Shown: piece after piece, positions 60,759 to 64,000 of the stretch
How positions within the stretch are numbered: position 1 is the stretch's first letter
Layout: each line of letters begins with the position of its first letter
Source of the DNA: Candidatus Micrarchaeota archaeon
GTDB taxonomy: Archaea > Micrarchaeota > Micrarchaeia > Anstonellales > JAHKLY01
NCBI GenBank assembly: GCA_020854825.1
Contig: JAHKLY010000003.1
Span: 38 to 64,037 of the forward strand
DNA length: 64,000 nucleotides
Reading direction: 5' to 3'
Position numbers and translations under genes: made by a program
Notes under the pieces: generated by a model
Database searches by the model: none
What the model saw: the letters and a program-made list of their open reading frames with translations, nothing else
Told to the model about the DNA's origin: nothing

Positions 60759-61175
60759 TCACCTTCTTTTTGTTGATTTTTTTGATTTTTTCTTAGGCAA
60801 AATTGTTTTTTTAATTGGGATTGTCTCTAGTTTTGGGATATACCTTACCATCCCAACCAATATCAACAAAACACCTATTAAAATAATTGCAGTTATAATC
60901 GATCTTAGAATTTCATAAATATTGTACATTAAAACTGAAGGTATAATTATAAATAATGCTAATATCCCTCCTAATATTGACCAAAGTAAAATTGTTTTTT
61001 CAAAGTTTTGGCGTCTTTTTTTGTATTCTTCCATGCAAGAATCACAAACAACTAGTTTATTCCCTTTTGCTATACCAAATATTTTTTTGATCTTTCTGAT
61101 ATTATTTATAATAAATCCTTCTTTTAATTTTGTACCTGACTTATTTTTTTCACAAATTAAACAAACTTCTACCAA
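60759..61175 (-). CDS. Small zinc-ribbon (CLICEK...CDSC) two-TM membrane protein with basic tail
   Basis: CxxC-x29-CxxC then two hydrophobic helices and a KKKSKKSTKRR tail. Confidence 0.5.
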   Translation of the reverse strand: MVEVCLICEKNKSGTKLKEGFIINNIRKIKKIFGIAKGNKLVVCDSCMEEYKKRRQNFEKTILLWSILGGILALFIIIPSVLMYNIYEILRSIITAIILIGVLLILVGMVRYIPKLETIPIKKTILPKKKSKKSTKRR

Positions 61176-61185
61176 ATCCTCACCT

Positions 61186-62760
61186 CTATTCCTCTAATAT
61201 TACTTGAATAACATCTCTTTCTCCAACTCCCAGCTTTTTGAAATCTGCTTTAGAAAAAACATTAATTATTGTGCTATCATTCAACCCTAAGTCTTTTAAG
61301 AATGAAGTTATATTTCTTCTTGCTAATCCATATCTCTCTAATAAAATAACAAAAGAGATTATATCAATATGTCTATTTTTTTGCTCAAATAATTTACTAA
61401 TTTCTTCAACTTGCAATTCACTAAGGCCATAAGCCCTCATTTTCTTTCTTAATTCTTCTTTTTCAAATGAAACAGTTTTAGCCATAATACCTTCCCTCAC
61501 TTGTGCATCTGAAAGCACATTTATTAAATTTAAGAAATATTCTGAAATAGGATCCTCCCCCAAAACTTTATCTACCAAAAATGTTTCAGAAAATTTAACT
61601 GCTTTATAGGGTATTAAATTAACCGCACACTCTCCTACTCCAAAACCCCCTATCTCTTTTCTTATATACTCACTAAAATTTAAAGTATTTTGAAGGAAAT
61701 CTAAATACCTTTCAAACTTTACTCTAAACATAAATGTTGAACCAACATTTGAGAATATAGATTCACTTATATCTACAGGATGCTGTGATGCAACTACTAA
61801 TCCAAAATTATATTTCCTACCTTCTCTAACAATCATAACAGCATCACTACTTTCATCTTTTGCAATTTTCCAAGCTTCATCAAGAACTACTAATAATCTA
61901 ATTCCTTTAGTTGAACTCCATCCAGTAGATCTCATCTTTTCTTTAATAAATTGTAATATAGATAATGCTGCTAATGCTCTAAATACTTCATCTGGTAATC
62001 CAGATAAATCTAATCCTACCAATCCAGAAGAAGTTAATTTATCTAAATCAATAGTACTTTGAGTTGCAAAATAATCATCTCCTGTTCTAGTGAATTTTTT
62101 AATTCTATAAATTGCATTTTCTAATTCTGCAGGAAATTCATATGTGCCACTCTTTAATTGTTTTTCTAAAATTCTTTGAACATCTTTTAATGTAGGTGGG
62201 ATTAATGGTTTTCCCAGATTATCTCTTTGTATTTTATTATCCATTTTAAAATTTGCTTCTTTATATGCTTTTTCAATGGACATTTCTGTTAATCTCTTCT
62301 GTTCCGGATATGATTCAATATCTGTTAGTATTCCTAATGTTCTAATTATTTGTTCTATTCTATCATTTGGCCTCATTCCTCCTAAATCCATTAGGTTTAT
62401 TGAAGCCCCTTTTCCTAAAGCAATTACTTGTCCTCCAGTTTGTCTTACCCAATCTTTATATTCTCCTGCCCAATCAATTATTAATGCATTTGTATCCCAA
62501 ACAAATGAAGCTCTTGTTAAAAAAGTTTTAATAAAATAAGATTTTCCTGAACCTGTAATTCCTACAACTGCCATATGTGGATTGGTTAATTTTTCAAACG
62601 ACCAACTAAATGGGATGTGAAAAATTTTTGTTTTTCCAACAAATATTGAATTTGCAGGATCATTCATTAAAAATTCTGGGGGTGGCTCTGGAGGCCTAAC
62701 AAAAATATTTCTTTTACCTAATGTAACATTTGAAACATCTGTTAATCTTAATCTTCCCAT
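61186..62760 (-). CDS. HerA/FtsK/VirB4-like (DUF87/AAA_10) P-loop ATPase
   Basis: Walker A HMAVVGITGSGKSY followed by IIDWAGEY. Walker B LLVVLDEAWK. 524 aa. Confidence 0.75.
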   Translation of the reverse strand: MGRLRLTDVSNVTLGKRNIFVRPPEPPPEFLMNDPANSIFVGKTKIFHIPFSWSFEKLTNPHMAVVGITGSGKSYFIKTFLTRASFVWDTNALIIDWAGEYKDWVRQTGGQVIALGKGASINLMDLGGMRPNDRIEQIIRTLGILTDIESYPEQKRLTEMSIEKAYKEANFKMDNKIQRDNLGKPLIPPTLKDVQRILEKQLKSGTYEFPAELENAIYRIKKFTRTGDDYFATQSTIDLDKLTSSGLVGLDLSGLPDEVFRALAALSILQFIKEKMRSTGWSSTKGIRLLVVLDEAWKIAKDESSDAVMIVREGRKYNFGLVVASQHPVDISESIFSNVGSTFMFRVKFERYLDFLQNTLNFSEYIRKEIGGFGVGECAVNLIPYKAVKFSETFLVDKVLGEDPISEYFLNLINVLSDAQVREGIMAKTVSFEKEELRKKMRAYGLSELQVEEISKLFEQKNRHIDIISFVILLERYGLARRNITSFLKDLGLNDSTIINVFSKADFKKLGVGERDVIQVILEE

Positions 62761-62771
62761 TTATTAAACAC

Positions 62772-63590
62772 CTAAATTTGTTCTTTTAATTCTTGTGAAT
62801 TTGAAGGAAGCATATATTCCCATTCCACACATCTCAACATTTCATCTCCAGTTAATTCTTCGACTTCACAATTTAATGAATTTGAAATTGTTGCTTTTAA
62901 TTCATTAGCCTGAGATGAAACAGTTGCCTTTGCTGATTCTTTACTTACTCCAGATGCAGTTGTCATCACATAAGCAACAGTTGCCATTGGTTTAAATCCT
63001 CTTGCCAATTTCTCTATTTCAGATGTCCACATAACTACTTCTCTTTCATATCTATCTAACTTTAATATATCTGGTTCTGGTTTATCTCTTTCTCTTGAAA
63101 GTTTTAATTGTGATTCTGCTTTTTTTGTTTCTATCTTCATCCTATAATCTCCCGTATCTTTAACATAAACCATCATACAAAATTTTGTTACAAATTTAAC
63201 AGATGAAATTGCTCTTTCAAAATAATTCGAATAAACTACATTTTCTTCTAAGGATTTTTCAGCTGCTGATTCGTATATTCTAACTCCTAAAAATTTAGTT
63301 GCATAATATTCAGCCCCTACTTTTTTGATTATTACATCTTGAGAAGGCGGAACTTCATAACCTGAATCTGTCATTAAAACTATATTTGTAAATTTAGTTA
63401 TTACTGGAATAATAAAATACCCATATTTGTAAATTAATAAAGCTGCTAATGCTCCTCCTCCTGCTACTGCTGCACCTAAAAGATTGATTATCCCTCCAGA
63501 AGTAACGGAACCTAACGCTCCTAACAATGCAATAGCCATACATGCATAAGCAAAATGGCTTGGCCTCATTATAAATGGCATAACATACAC
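62772..63590 (-). CDS. Membrane protein (Gly-zipper TMs at N-terminus plus about 180-aa cytoplasmic domain)
   Basis: ALLGALGSVTSGGIINLLGAAVAGGGALAALLIY hydrophobic Gly-rich helices. Confidence 0.55.
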   Translation of the reverse strand: MYVMPFIMRPSHFAYACMAIALLGALGSVTSGGIINLLGAAVAGGGALAALLIYKYGYFIIPVITKFTNIVLMTDSGYEVPPSQDVIIKKVGAEYYATKFLGVRIYESAAEKSLEENVVYSNYFERAISSVKFVTKFCMMVYVKDTGDYRMKIETKKAESQLKLSRERDKPEPDILKLDRYEREVVMWTSEIEKLARGFKPMATVAYVMTTASGVSKESAKATVSSQANELKATISNSLNCEVEELTGDEMLRCVEWEYMLPSNSQELKEQI

Positions 63591-63665
63591 CTCTCATTAT
63601 CAAATTTACTAAAATTTCTACCCTATTTTAATACGAGAGAGAGGTTTTTAAATATATTGGAATTT

Positions 63666-64000
63666 TTAAAAGTTAGTTTGCAAAAACTTATTATATTCAT
63701 TCATTAAAAAATCACGTTCCCTTAACTTATTCTCTTGCTCCAATATTCGTATTATATCAAAAAAAAGATTAATTAATACTGCTATACTATATTGTTCATT
63801 TACTCTTCTTTCTAATATTGTAAGAATTATGTCTCCTGCTCCTACATAATTTTCTCTATTCATTTCTTCTTCTAACCAATACTCTAGAGTTTTTGAAGGA
63901 AATTCATCGATTATTGAAGTGTCCTTTTCTATTTCTTGTCCTTTTTTAATGCTTGTGTCTATTATGTTTTTGCTTTCAACTAAAACTTTATTCTGGATAG
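63666..64000 (-). CDS. Partial CDS (N-terminus beyond window end), hypothetical
   Basis: Reading frame stays open from 64000 down to the stop at 63666 (…IQNKVLVESKNII...EYWLEEEMNRENYVGAGD...). Confidence 0.45.
   Translation of the reverse strand, partial: IQNKVLVESKNIIDTSIKKGQEIEKDTSIIDEFPSKTLEYWLEEEMNRENYVGAGDIILTILERRVNEQYSIAVLINLFFDIIRILEQENKLRERDFLMNEYNKFLQTNF

Noticed and set aside
1-64000. CRISPR arrays, IS elements/transposases, integrases, rRNA genes
   Set aside because: No short direct-repeat/spacer periodicity, no transposase or integrase-like ORFs, and no rRNA-like conserved stretches were seen. The only conspicuous repeats are the Fic-upstream operator and coding-sequence beta-helix repeats.

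Overview
This is an AT-rich (about 30% GC) archaeal chromosomal segment in the standard genetic code. rpoB is split into B'' and B' genes, as in euryarchaeal and DPANN-type archaea.

Backbone: the conserved minus-strand transcription/translation cluster rpoH-rpoB''-rpoB'-rpoA'-rpoA''-L30e-NusA-S12-S7 occupies 4.4-13.5 kb. EF-2, which normally follows S7, is displaced to 41.2 kb. A small RGG-rich zinc-ribbon protein sits in its place, followed by a partial giant secreted protein (1-3907) with a papain-like C1 peptidase domain, beta-helix repeats and MopE-like Cys-rich motifs.

Other housekeeping genes are an archaeal-type TyrRS, a CCA-adding enzyme, an RPA-like OB-fold protein, an NFACT-N (Rqc2-like) protein, an ACT protein, a GT4 glycosyltransferase and a divergent PRPP-synthetase-like protein.

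Accessory content:
- A Fic/DOC protein with an upstream palindromic repeat operator.
- A basic protein built of about five tandem HTH-like repeats.
- A KaiC-like ATPase next to a 3203-aa beta-helix giant surface protein that is translationally coupled to a membrane coiled-coil protein.
- A tandem array of five class-III-signal-peptide (type IV pilin-like) genes (44.0-48.0 kb).
- Several signal-peptide/C-terminal-TM/Lys-tail surface proteins.
- A candidate operon (57.5-63.6 kb) encoding a HerA/VirB4-like (DUF87) P-loop ATPase with four membrane or membrane-associated partners.

The only GC-rich island (50.57-50.76 kb, minus strand) lies in an intergenic gap. It has a TATA-like element upstream and a T9 terminator downstream, and looks like a structured ncRNA of unresolved class (tRNA-Asp-like anticodon hairpin, but no canonical cloverleaf).

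No rRNA, CRISPR array or recognisable transposon or IS was seen.
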